Shown here: in pieces, positions 1 to 10,118 of the stretch
Layout of the letters: each line of letters opens with the position of its first letter
Position numbering within the stretch: position 1 is the first letter of the stretch
Origin: Phyllosticta citribraziliensis
Lineage: Eukaryota
Length of the DNA: 20,000 bases
Reading direction: 5' to 3'
Assembly (NCBI RefSeq): GCF_038025025.1
Contig: NW_027117355.1
Coordinates: forward strand, 116,721 to 136,720
Notes under the pieces: generated by a model
Seen by the model: only the letters and a program-made list of their open reading frames with translations
What the model was told of the DNA's origin: nothing
Database searches by the model: none
Translations under genes and position numbers: made by a program

Positions 1-180
1 GACCGAGCCGAACGCATGAGGAGGAGCCGGCTGTGGATTTGGGAGGTGCGTCAGTTGATTGTGTTGGTGCTGAAAATGCTCGGGATGATCCATGTCGCGC
101 CCCTCTTGGTCGCCGCAGCCCAAGACAGTTTGCAGAAAGCGGAATGCGCTCAAGGCCCAATCGACGGTACGCGACAACAT
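1..180 (-). CDS. Possible 5' end of a gene running off the left edge (hypothetical protein, partial)
   Basis: ATG at 180 (minus strand) opens 60 stop-free codons to position 1: MLSRTVDWALSAFRFLQTVLGCGDQEGRDMDHPEHFQHQHNQLTHLPNPQPAPPHAFGSV. No family recognised. Confidence 0.3.
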   Translation of the reverse strand, partial: MLSRTVDWALSAFRFLQTVLGCGDQEGRDMDHPEHFQHQHNQLTHLPNPQPAPPHAFGSV

Positions 181-586
181 GAATCGGGTTCTATGGAGTT
201 GCGAGGCTACGGCCTTGTCGCCATTTTTGATGGAAACCGCTTGACGCGGAGAAAGGTTGAGAAGAGCGTCGAAGTCGGCCTGAGACCAAATAATTCCTTT
301 AGCAACCATGTGGAGAATCGACGGCTGGAAGAGCCTCGCAGCCCGGCGGCAAACGCAACTTTGAGAAAAAACAGAAGTCAATGGAATCTGGAGCAAAAGA
401 TAGTAGATGATGCGGCAAAAACAACGAAGTAACAATGCGACGACGTTAAACTCAGTCCACTGCAGGGCAAGAAATCTGCTCTTGGAATCTTCTGGCTTTC
501 CTTGACGACTCGAAACTCCAGGCCTTCCGCCGTGACGGAGTACCCCAGAATCATCTTGACTCGTCCATGTCGAAACCGGGATGGGA

Positions 587-1228
587 CTAGAACAAGCCGG
601 CAAGCATTGCCGGCGAGCCCAATCTCAATTGGAGCAGATACCATTCCCCGTCTGGATGCCTTTGAAAGATTCTTGCCCTATGTATCAAAGCTTTCCAAAA
701 GTCCGAAAATGGGAGCCATCCAGGGGCGAGTTCCCCCAGCCGGGGTTCTGAACGCCAAGCTGTCCAAGGTGCACTCGGAAAACACTGTGTGCATCTGAAA
801 GGTGTAGAGCTCATGCGGCCACGACCGCAGTTCTTGCAACCCATCATCATAAACCACGGCAGGAATTTTTCCCAAAGCGCGCTGACCCGTTTGTCAATCT
901 CTTCGGCTCCACAGGAGAAGCAGGAGCGTCCTGTACCGTCAACGCTGTGCACGGCGCTCTGTGCTGGAAAGTGGTGTCTTTCTTTTACGCGGAAGCAGGT
1001 AAAGCAGGCGGGTTTGTGTCTGTTTTGCTCCAGGAAGCACAGCGCGTACCGGAGGAAGACGAGTTTGTCCTCGTCAGAGACCTGTGTCAGAGGGTTGACC
1101 ACGCGGCGGAAGTAACGGTTGGTAGAGGCGAGTAACATGGCCGCCGGATAGTCGAGATGCTTGAAGATTTCGTTTTGGAGCTCGCCCGGGAGTGCCCTCA
1201 GAGGATCGGTTGCGTTGCGTTCTGCCAT
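587..1228 (-). CDS. F-box domain protein with Cys-rich C-terminal region (213 aa)
   Basis: N-terminal F-box motif LRALPGELQNEIFKHLDYPAAMLLASTNRYFRRVV, then CxxC pairs CFTC, CFSC, CKNC and CTQC. First in-frame ATG is at 1228; the ORF track start at 1246 is not an ATG. Confidence 0.85.
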   Translation of the reverse strand: MAERNATDPLRALPGELQNEIFKHLDYPAAMLLASTNRYFRRVVNPLTQVSDEDKLVFLRYALCFLEQNRHKPACFTCFRVKERHHFPAQSAVHSVDGTGRSCFSCGAEEIDKRVSALWEKFLPWFMMMGCKNCGRGRMSSTPFRCTQCFPSAPWTAWRSEPRLGELAPGWLPFSDFWKALIHRARIFQRHPDGEWYLLQLRLGSPAMLAGLF

Positions 1229-3322
1229 GATGGTGGATTGGAGCAAAAGGCTGTGGGGGGGAGAATCCCGCGTCTTGCTCTCCCTTGTAATGCGCAGAGA
1301 ATCAATTTAATGGTAGCAAAGGCGGGAGCTCATGCGTTGAGTCAGTGTTGGTTGAGATGGAGAAGCATGTGCGGAAGTACCGGGATAGCTCGCAGCACTA
1401 AGCCTATTTGGGCATGGCGGGTCGTTGATGTCGTCAAAGTCGGGGCGTACCTTACAAACGGAAGCACTGCACTTTCCTTTCGACACGTCGGCCAAGAAAA
1501 GGTTTGATTCTGACTACATGTACATGTACCATGGATGGGTGCTTTCATTCTCTCGAGTCCCCTCAACTGAAGCAGCTTGAAAGTTTGCTTTTGATCGCCG
1601 CGAAGACTTTCAATGCTCTTGCTGCACTACTTTCATATTGGTTTGGCGAGCATGGACAACGACATAGGCCGGGAAGGGAGATGAGGGAAGCAAGAGCCAA
1701 GTGCTGACACAAGTGATTGCTGCTAGAGAGCACTTGAGAGATTTCCAAAAGGTTGAGTTTGCAGCACAGAAGACTGCTGTTGTGATCTCTGACCTGGCTC
1801 ACAGATCTTGTCTCGCAATATTCATCCGAGCTCCGAGTTTCATCATGTCCAAAGGGCTCTACTCAGCACCCCTGGGCACAGACTCGCTGCAGGAGCTTGT
1901 TTGACCGTCCTTCCAGAAATGTTGGGTTGGAGAGGAAAGATTTGGGCAACGAACGTAACAATTCTATCGCCAGAGGCCATACATGACCTGCGCAAGTCGA
2001 GATGGCGTTCAGTGCCACGTGGAACAAGTACCACGCGAGGTACGATACTCCGCCCACTGTCCCGCAATCCAGGGAGCCTCACTGGAACCTGAAGGCGGAA
2101 AATCCCGATTACTTCCAGCCCGGAACATCTGCCTGGTTCCTGCACAAAAGTCTGGGTCGGGTCCAGCTCGTGGTTGAGAGGAAGGACGACGCAGGGCCGA
2201 GGCCGCTAAACTCGTCTTGACCTCGCGGACCAAAAAACGTCGACCAAACAACACCTTGGCCTTCCACGCTCATTGGGCGTCGGCTGTGATTCTCCAAGAG
2301 GCTTCGACATCCGCGAGCCGAGATTGCTACTATCGTATCTTGGTGGGAGATGCTGAGGCGGCTCGATCCCGAAAAGGGCATGGGCGCCAAAGGTTGTTGG
2401 CCGCTCGTCGATGGCAAGCTCCACAAGCTCTTCTCGTCGCAGTCTAGTCTTTTGTCTTGGGAGAGCTCGTTGACAAAAAGCGACGGCTGCAGATTGAATC
2501 CGTGGAGAATCGGCCTCTCCAAGTCAAGTCCAGATCTACCGTGGAGAACCACTCTTTGGTGTCGAAGCTTTCCAGAATCTAGCCAGGCCTGTCAACTATC
2601 GGCCAGAGCGCTAGCGTCAACGCCACGCTCCAAACATTTTGTCACCACGAGTCCAAGTCCTGCAAAGTCCCGTGGTGACCTTGTCGACGCGGTCATTCGG
2701 GGCTGTCGTTGGCACAAGACTTCTGAGCATCCTTTCTCCGTCGGTTCATGTCCAACTATGACGCTGGTGCTCTAGTGCATCCTCAAAATTAGGACTTCTA
2801 TTTCCAGGACTCTTCATTGCTTCTACGACGGCTTCTCGTATCTCTCGAGTTCCGCGCAGTGTCGGCGGCTCAAAATAGCCCACTTGAAGATAGAGAATCC
2901 GTATCCGATATCCGCGCGGAACCAAATCCCCCACAATGCGGTTGGCGCCGTCTGGAGTAGCCACATTGTACCTAATGAGGCAAAAAGGCCAGCTTAGTGT
3001 CCTTTCGGACAGGTCCCAGGCCATGGCCTAGCGGCTCGGTTAATCCAGTGGTACTGAAGAATACGGATGGAAGCTGGAAGCTATGCCGGAGTCCAGGTCC
3101 ACGGCAATGCCGCCTTGTAGCGCCTGGTTCACGGCACCGGACAGAGGGCCCTGTGCCTGGACCTCGAGGCTTCTTGTATATCAAGGCCGGCCTTCCCTTC
3201 TGTTTCTCATCATCAGCTTCATCCACAGTCTCTTGTGTCCTCGTTCAGTCCTTCTTTCTTCACTCTTTGAAGAGCATTCGTTCCAAGTCAAAGTCAGTCA
3301 CTACCAGACCTCGACCGTCGAA

Positions 3323-4555
3323 ATGAAGAATTCCGTTTTCGCTCTTTCGGCCCTTGCTGGCATTGCCATGTCCTCGCCTTTGGCGGCCAGGGACAACGGT
3401 ATTACCGTCGACCCTGCCTGGCCAGCTGCCCCATCTCTCAAGGCGGACTCGACTGCATCCTACGTGCAGGCGGCCGCCGCGAGCGCTGCCAGCAACCTCG
3501 TTGCAACCCCAGTCACCACGCTGAAGAAGCGTAACTACTGGTATGCCAACTGCGCCAGTACCACCGTTGCAACCACCATCACCAGCATCGTCAGCAGCGC
3601 TTCTGCTACCATCACCAGCGTCATTACCACGAGCAGCGTTATTACTGTGCCTACAACCACGGCGCCCATCATCACTTGCTCCATCAGGCCAACTGGTGCT
3701 GGCATTGTCCCGACTCCTGACACGGACGCGGCTTTCCTGGCTGACCAGGAGTTCCATGACGATGCCAACAAGGCTCCTCTTGCCGTCACAGGTCAGAGCG
3801 GCATTTACACCCAGACATTCAAGGACCTCCAGGGAGCGACGGATATGAACACGTACATGGGCTACAAGACGCTCGACAGCTACGACGTCGCCGGGTGCGC
3901 GGCCTTCTGCGACAACACCAAGCTGTGCCAGTCGTTCAACATCTACGTCGAGCGCGACCCGCTGTACGAGCAGAACGACCCCAGCTGCAGCAACGCGTCG
4001 ACCATCTACTTCAAGTGCTCGCTGTACGGCTCGTACATTGACGGAAAGTCGGCGACCAACGTCGGCCAGTACCAGGGCCCCTTCCACGTCGTCATCACCG
4101 GCTCCAACGGCTACAGCATGCCAAACGTGACGACGACCAAGCCGCCGACCTGCAACCAGCCCGGCAGCAACACGTGGGGCTCGGGCAAGCCGTGCAACGG
4201 CGGCGGCATCGTCAAGAAGCCCGGCAATTGCATGGGCTCCAAGTTCTTCCCGGGCCCCTTCGACCCCATGGTGTGCTCGGCGTACGCGTCGGCCCAGGTT
4301 GCGCTCAACCGCAAGACGGGCAACTGGTGGAACCCCAGCAGCTGGCTGCCGTGCAGCAGCTTCAACGCCTACACGGTCAAGCGCAACGGCGTCGCCATCG
4401 GCATGCAGTGCGTCCTCTTCTACAACGCCGTCTCCCCCTCCACCGACGTCGTCCCCTTCAACCCCTCGTCCGGCTCCGACTCGTACACCTGCGAGAGCTC
4501 CCTCATCTACACCGTCACCAACGGCTGGTGGACCTGGCTCAGCAGCTTCTTCTAA
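3323..4555 (+). CDS. Secreted Cys-rich protein with a PAN/apple-like (putative carbohydrate-binding) domain and Ser/Thr-rich linker (410 aa)
   Basis: Signal peptide MKNSVFALSALAGIAMSSPL, dibasic KKR site and a Thr-rich tract. Carries the fungal family pattern YMGYKTLDSYDVAGCAAFC...CQSFNIYVERDP...KCSLYG...ATNVGQ...FHVVITGSNGY. Strong codon bias. Confidence 0.85.
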   Translation: MKNSVFALSALAGIAMSSPLAARDNGITVDPAWPAAPSLKADSTASYVQAAAASAASNLVATPVTTLKKRNYWYANCASTTVATTITSIVSSASATITSVITTSSVITVPTTTAPIITCSIRPTGAGIVPTPDTDAAFLADQEFHDDANKAPLAVTGQSGIYTQTFKDLQGATDMNTYMGYKTLDSYDVAGCAAFCDNTKLCQSFNIYVERDPLYEQNDPSCSNASTIYFKCSLYGSYIDGKSATNVGQYQGPFHVVITGSNGYSMPNVTTTKPPTCNQPGSNTWGSGKPCNGGGIVKKPGNCMGSKFFPGPFDPMVCSAYASAQVALNRKTGNWWNPSSWLPCSSFNAYTVKRNGVAIGMQCVLFYNAVSPSTDVVPFNPSSGSDSYTCESSLIYTVTNGWWTWLSSFF

Positions 4556-5155
4556 GCGGAGCGATTTCGGGCGTAGACGACGACGACACACTTGCGGGCG
4601 CTTGGGACTTGGAGTTTTGTGGACCGGTGGGAAAATATCCTGGGGTGTTTGGTAGAGTGGGTTTCAAAATTCTCGTCAATCCTTTGGACACTTTTTGATT
4701 TGCTGGATTTGATGCTGGTTTGGTTGCTTGGACCTCTGGCTTTTCGCTGGCATTGAGCCGAACTCTCCTTCCGGCCTTTGTGCCTGGGTTGCTTTGGCTT
4801 TTGGTTGCGTTCTGATTTTGCTCATCTAGATAGCACGACTTGGAATGGACTGCTATAGAAAACAGCTCGTGCCGTGACGATGCAGTGAAGGGCGTCTTAC
4901 CTGAGAGTCAACTGATGATAAATGGCCTAGAGAATAGCCTGCGCGTCAGAGCCCCCCCAACTCGATGACCAAAGCTTGGGCACGCCACTGGTCCCAGGGT
5001 GCCACTATTGACCTATTAATTTGTGCAGTGCGCGGCGCGGAACGATATGTACAGAAATGAGATACCGGATGCGAGAATGATGAGAGCACTAGACTGTACG
5101 CATCAGCAGCAGAACAAATCTCGAGTTGTGACCGATATTCCAAACACAGGCGTTT

Positions 5156-6075
5156 CTACACAAGTGCGCCACGATTCATCAAAACCTCTTCCTTCTGCCT
5201 TCGACGCTCCAGCTTCTCTTCCAGGACTTTCTTCTTCTCGTCGCGTACCCGGTACCACTCTTCTTTGGCTCTTTGACGCAGTGTCTTCCGTTGGTTTTCT
5301 TTGATCTCCTTGTCCCTTTTGGCCTGCTGTTCTCGGCTGTACCTCCTGTCCAACTTTGCTTGGTCTTTCGCAGACAAAACCCAGGGTTCCTGCAAAATGT
5401 CCCGCATGTATTTTGCGGTCCCGACCCAGTTCCTGATCTCGTCGGCCGTGCTTTTGATCACCGAACACTGTTTCAGCTCTAGCTGGTTGATTTGGCGGTA
5501 CGAGTCGAGGGAGCATTGGACGCGGAGGACCGTTCCGATGTCGACGACCGTCCCATCGACCAGGACGTTGAGGAAGCCGATGCCACTTTCGACGCGGACG
5601 TTGGGGACGACCGTGTTGCTTTCGTGAGTGCCCGTTTTGTCGAGCTGGTCGGGCCGCAGCCGTTCGAGCTTGACTTCAACCGTAGCGCCAGAGCCATCGT
5701 CGAGGGTGAACAGGACGAGGAGGGGCGTGGGCGCTCCAATCTCGACGACGGTTCCAACGACGCGGACGAAGCGGATGGGATGATTCAGGTAGTAGAAAAG
5801 TCGGAAGAAAGGTTTGTGTGACATAACGCTGCTAATATAGGTGGAGTGACCTAAGCAGAAGAAGAAGTGTAATGTTAGCGAGGAGCAAGGAGACTTTTAG
5901 GAGCGACTGAGCGGGAGGTTGCATGTCGTGTTTACCTACCCAGGCCGGGCGGCGGTTTGCGCAGCGCGTGGACGCCGGCCGCAGTGAGTTTGGCCCATGA
6001 GTGGTACGTCGGAGACAGGTCGAAATAACGCGGGGGATAAAAGGTCAGACTCTGTCGTTCCGGTTGGGTGGTCAT
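5156..6075 (-). CDS. STN1: CST complex subunit Stn1 (OB-fold telomere-capping protein); complement(join(5156..5850,5940..6075)), 276 aa
   Basis: Exon 1 reads MTTQPERQSLTFYPPRYFDLSPTYHSWAKLTAAGVHAL. The 89-nt intron (5939-5851) is GTAGGT...GCTAAC-pyrimidine tract-TAG and joins in frame. Exon 2 has FYYLNHPIRFVRVVGTVV...TLDDGSGATVEV...VDIGTVLRV, typical of fungal Stn1 OB folds, and a coiled-coil-like tail. Confidence 0.88.
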
Positions 6076-6266
6076 GACATGGCTATCGAGCTGTGTTGGA
6101 AATCATTCAAGGCAGACGAGACGCGTCAAGAGGGGTCCCCGCTCCGGCGCGAGGTCACATGGCAGATTGATAAGATTAGATGCGTATCCCAAAGCTCCAA
6201 CCCATGCCTGCCCTCAACCTTCCCCAAACAACAGCCCTGAAGCTGAACGACATCATTACAGCTAAC

Positions 6267-6860
6267 ATGTCCGCCTCATTTGTCCCGTCGTCCTCGCAAT
6301 CCGTCTTCACTCCATCCTATTCCATCCCCATCAATGCGCATCCCGGCGCTGTTTTCGCCCTTTTGACCTCCCGCTCAACATGGAAAGATTGGAACGGATT
6401 CGTACCACACGCGCACGTTCTGAAAGCCTCCCCGAACCCTTCAGCTCCGCGGTCTGGACCACAAGATGATGCGCTACAAGTTGGACAAGTGCTCAAGTTT
6501 GAGGTGCGAACACGGATTTGGGGACATGAGGTGACGGTTCCTGGAGGCAGTGCCGAGGAAATAACGTCCCTCTCTACACCCGAAGACACAGGATCAAGCG
6601 AGCGTGGCGTCTATCGTGTATGCTGGGATGTTTGGGGCATGCCGCCTTGGTTGCTCAAGACTTGCCGAGTGAACGAAGTTGTTGTCGAAGGAGACGGGCA
6701 GGGAACAGAGGGCGAAAGATGCACGTACAGGACGTACATGACATTCGAAGGCCCGATGGCTTACTTTGTCAAGTGGCTCACAGGATGGATGGTGAAAGAC
6801 GGCCTGAAGGTCTGGGGAGAGGGCTTGAAAAAGGCGGCCGAGGCAGGACTGAGAGCATGA
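6267..6860 (+). CDS. SRPBCC/START-like (polyketide cyclase/dehydrase-like) family protein (197 aa; alternative upstream ATG at 6180)
   Basis: Helix-grip pattern SIPINAHPGAVFALLTSRSTWKDWNGFVP...CTYRTYMTFEGPMAYFVKWLTG...GLKVWGEGLKKAAE. Confidence 0.82.
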   Translation: MSASFVPSSSQSVFTPSYSIPINAHPGAVFALLTSRSTWKDWNGFVPHAHVLKASPNPSAPRSGPQDDALQVGQVLKFEVRTRIWGHEVTVPGGSAEEITSLSTPEDTGSSERGVYRVCWDVWGMPPWLLKTCRVNEVVVEGDGQGTEGERCTYRTYMTFEGPMAYFVKWLTGWMVKDGLKVWGEGLKKAAEAGLRA

Positions 6861-7746
6861 GGCAGAGGCAGGTGACGGACGCAGAATGGCGTTACGGATA
6901 CGCGGTTCTACAACTACTCAGCAGTACGAATTGGTCCTCCAAGAAGGTGTCCGAATCCGGACTTTGCAGTTCAGCAATAACAGCACAGGTTGCACACTGC
7001 CTTCATGGACCGGATTTGGCTACACGAGCCAGCGGGTTTGCATCCTTCGAGTGGATCGAAGCCGTTCATCTTCCTGCCAAAGGACCTTCTCGGATCCACC
7101 CTTCCGAGCAACGAATGGCATGGAACGCCTTGTCGGACAATCTCGTCGATCTCCTCACGGAACCTCAGCCGTCTGACTGGACTTTTCCAGCTCTAGACTA
7201 ACCCACGTTGCACGTCGCATCGCAACGGAGCCTCCGAGCGTGTTGCACAACACTTGTCCAGCATTGAGCTCCTGGAAAGGGGCACAACATCCCCAATATT
7301 GACCAGATCTCGCGGACACCAAGCCAAAGAAGGACGCGATTCCAACCAGGACCGGGTTTTCGAGACAACTGAACAGTCAGACTTGTTCTTCTCGGCTTGT
7401 ATCTGCCGCAGACAGCTACTTCTACTTGCAGTAAGCTAAACAAGCCAATGTCAAGGCGGGGTCAGCAACAGGGCTCAGCCTCCGCAAGGGGAGCAGCGCA
7501 TCAGCGCTAACCCCCACAATGAACGATTCTGGTCCTTGTGGCGCCAAGTGACGGCCTAGCTCACCCCAAATAACACGAGCACTGCTGGTTCTCCCTACTG
7601 GAACGTTGATGTCATTTTGATTTTGTTTGGATGCCGCTCACTTCCAGCGCAATACAACAGATCAGGTTGCAGTTGTCCGTAGCAGATCGTGTCAGCAACG
7701 AACCACGGGGCGACGCACGGCGTGGTCGCAAGAGATGACGAAGACA

Positions 7747-7753
7747 TATAAAA
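7747..7753 (+). promoter_or_regulatory. TATA box of the downstream secreted-protein gene
   Basis: TATAAAA about 130 nt upstream of ATG 7884, which sits in a good fungal start context (CACAATG). Confidence 0.5.
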
Positions 7754-7883
7754 GAGCTGAGCAAAGGTCATGGGCTGGCTGGCAGTACAACACAACTGCC
7801 TCTTCCGTCCCTGCCAACATCAGGAGTTTTTCAGAAACGCATCGAATCATTTCCTCGATTAAAACATTCCCAACACCATCACA

Positions 7884-8483
7884 ATGTTCCCTCAGCCCGC
7901 CACATTTCTCCCGCTGCTCCTGCCTCTCGCGGCAGCCGCTCCAGCAATACTCGATTCTCGCGGCCTGCTCAATCCCGCGCCCTTCAAGCTTGTCGCCAAT
8001 GTCACGGCCTTTCCCATCACGCCCAACGTCACCTCGTACGAGGCTGCCTTCAAGCCGTTCACAGACAAGTCCTGCATGGGTTCCGTCTATCTCGTCCCGT
8101 CCGGCGGCGAGAAGTGGGCGCAGTGGACGCTCACCGACAACGGCACTACGTATACGACTGTCAACCGCGACCCGAGCGGAAACGGCGATGGCAGGGGTAG
8201 CACAGGTGGTATAATCGTGACGCCTGGTGGCACGGCGACGGTTCCCTCGGCCAACACTGTCAATGTCAACGCGTGTGGCGTGGGAAGTCCTGGGGTTGGT
8301 ATCGTGAACAATGAGTTGCTTGGATGGAAGGACGGATGGACTGGGGGCTGGATGGCCTGCCCAGTGTCGCTTGTCCCCGGATCGTACGGCAAGGCTGGAG
8401 ATATTGTCCTGAGCGTCAAGAATGAGGGTCAGAGGACCATCTACGGGTGTTCGAATGTCGACTTGAAGGTCGTGTATGTTTGA
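7884..8483 (+). CDS. Small secreted protein (199 aa), cell-wall protein PhiA/IgE-binding-protein-like
   Basis: Signal peptide MFPQPATFLPLLLPLAAAAP, then PFKLVA, a GGWMACP motif and a C-terminal GCSNVDLKVVYV, resembling fungal cell-wall/secreted proteins. Four Cys. Family assignment is by resemblance only. Confidence 0.75.
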   Translation: MFPQPATFLPLLLPLAAAAPAILDSRGLLNPAPFKLVANVTAFPITPNVTSYEAAFKPFTDKSCMGSVYLVPSGGEKWAQWTLTDNGTTYTTVNRDPSGNGDGRGSTGGIIVTPGGTATVPSANTVNVNACGVGSPGVGIVNNELLGWKDGWTGGWMACPVSLVPGSYGKAGDIVLSVKNEGQRTIYGCSNVDLKVVYV

Positions 8484-8887
8484 GAAACAGGACGAATCCC
8501 TCGGTTACAGGATGCACGCAGGGAGAATTCAAGTCTTCGGCGCTTGGAAGGGACAGCTAGGAGTCTTTCAAGAGTGTCATGATGTTGCGAGGCTAATTCT
8601 CGAAAAAGACGAATTGATCAGAATTCCCGACATACATGCAGCAAGCTAATCGTGGCCGGCATTTTGCCATTTGAGCTTGCGTTTCTGAAGAGCTTCCTGT
8701 GGCTTGCGTCTTCCACTGGGTCCCAGCCGAAAATGGATTCTGGTCTGGACTCAAGCTCTCAGCTGTGGCTGAACCGACGACTCAACCAACTCACAAGAAC
8801 ACTCCAGCTAACATAGGGATTGTCACAAAACTACTGATTCTTTACGTTCGCCTTGTGCTGCAGGTCAAATTTTAGACAGCGGAAAAC

Positions 8888-9653
8888 ATGCCGCGAAATC
8901 CAGAGCACGAAATCACAGGGCGTCTATTCCAACCATGCGCAGAAGCTGAAGCACTTACCCCCACTGAACAAATCCGCGCGTGTCCAGAATGCGGGCTCTT
9001 CTTCTTCCACTGCTGCGCGCACCCGGACACTATCTGCCACCAACGAAGCGTCGTCTTCATCGACGGAGCCTGCACCAACAACGGCCAAAACGACGCCGCA
9101 GCCGGCTACGGCGCCGCGGTGGGAGTGAGAGAGGACCAACAGTTGTCCCAGCAGTTTGGCTACGCTGTTGTGACAACTAAACAAAGAGCAGACCTGATTG
9201 GCGCCGTTCTGGGTATCGACCAGGGCGAGAGCTGGTGGAGGCGCGAGAGGGCGCATCAGAGGCAGAGGGGTGCGCAGCATCACGAGAAAAAAGAGCTCAT
9301 CATCGCGACCGACTCCGAGTACGTCATCAAGGTGTCGACGGAGACGCTGCCGCGCTGGAAGGTATGTGTCGTGAGCACTATCAAGTCTCGCCCAACTAAC
9401 TTGTTCTTCTGAACAGCAAAATGGTTTCGCCACTCCAGACGGCAGAGGGCCGGCCAACGCCGACTTGTTCATGCAGATTGACTCGCGGGTTGAGAGGATG
9501 CACGATGTGCTGGCTGTTGGCTTCATGCACATTTCCAGAGAACTGAATGGGCTTGCTGCCAGCTTGGCTCAACGGGGAGTTGAAGTGCATCGGGAGTGGC
9601 AGGAGATGGAGAGGGCGAAGATGCCTGCTTATGGTGCCTTCGATGCGCTTTGA
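8888..9653 (+). CDS. RNase H1-like protein, paralog A; join(8888..9361,9417..9653), 236 aa
   Basis: Motifs VFIDGAC, TKQRADL, IATDSEYV, LPRWK|QNGF, NADLF and HISRELNGLAASLA. The 55-nt intron GTATGT...ACTAAC...CAG joins in frame. Confidence 0.88.
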
Positions 9654-10118
9654 GGGAGTGTTCTTTGGCGTCGCATTGGGAGACTGAGCATGGCTGAATC
9701 ACTTCAAAACTAACTGTCCTTCGTTCAAACATATGTTGGGGCGAACATGGTATAGAGAGCAAATCTCCAGTTGGTGCAAGAGGGAGCATCATGCCTGGCG
9801 ATGATGACATTCGGCGGCTGCAATGCTTATAGACTGATTCTGGGGTGATGTCACTTGTCAAGGGGGAAAGGATGGAAGAAAACGCTCAACATTCGATTAA
9901 CGGACAACTGCTAGTCTACCATCCAATCAAAAGCACATATTGAAAAAATGGTGGTTCGACTGGACCACTTTTTTGACTCGGCGTCCTCGCAGCGTTTGGG
10001 CGTCGACCAATTGCCTGACTCAGTTAGCGCGTCCTGCCTTCGACGCGTTTTCCATCCGATGTGATCCGCTCCCTGTCAACTCTGACATCGCACGTCTCTC
10101 GCCCGTCAAATCACCAGC

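Noticed and set aside
1232..1250. Hairpin 1 5' arm (GGTGGATTG...GAGCA) complementary to the F-box mRNA just upstream of its ATG
   Set aside because: Only 9 contiguous nt plus a gapped extension, which is unremarkable by chance in 40 kb of both-strand sequence.
3260..4698. Long antisense and alternate-frame ORFs over the secreted protein (likewise 15972-16847, 18301-19050, 18444-19493, 19224-19904)
   Set aside because: Shadow ORFs caused by high GC3 in the real genes; their compositions are low-complexity Arg/Gly/Pro-rich.
6857..7201. ORF starting in an ATGA overlap with the SRPBCC stop codon
   Set aside because: No recognisable motif or codon bias, and translational coupling is not expected in a fungal nuclear gene. 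Probably 3' UTR/intergenic.
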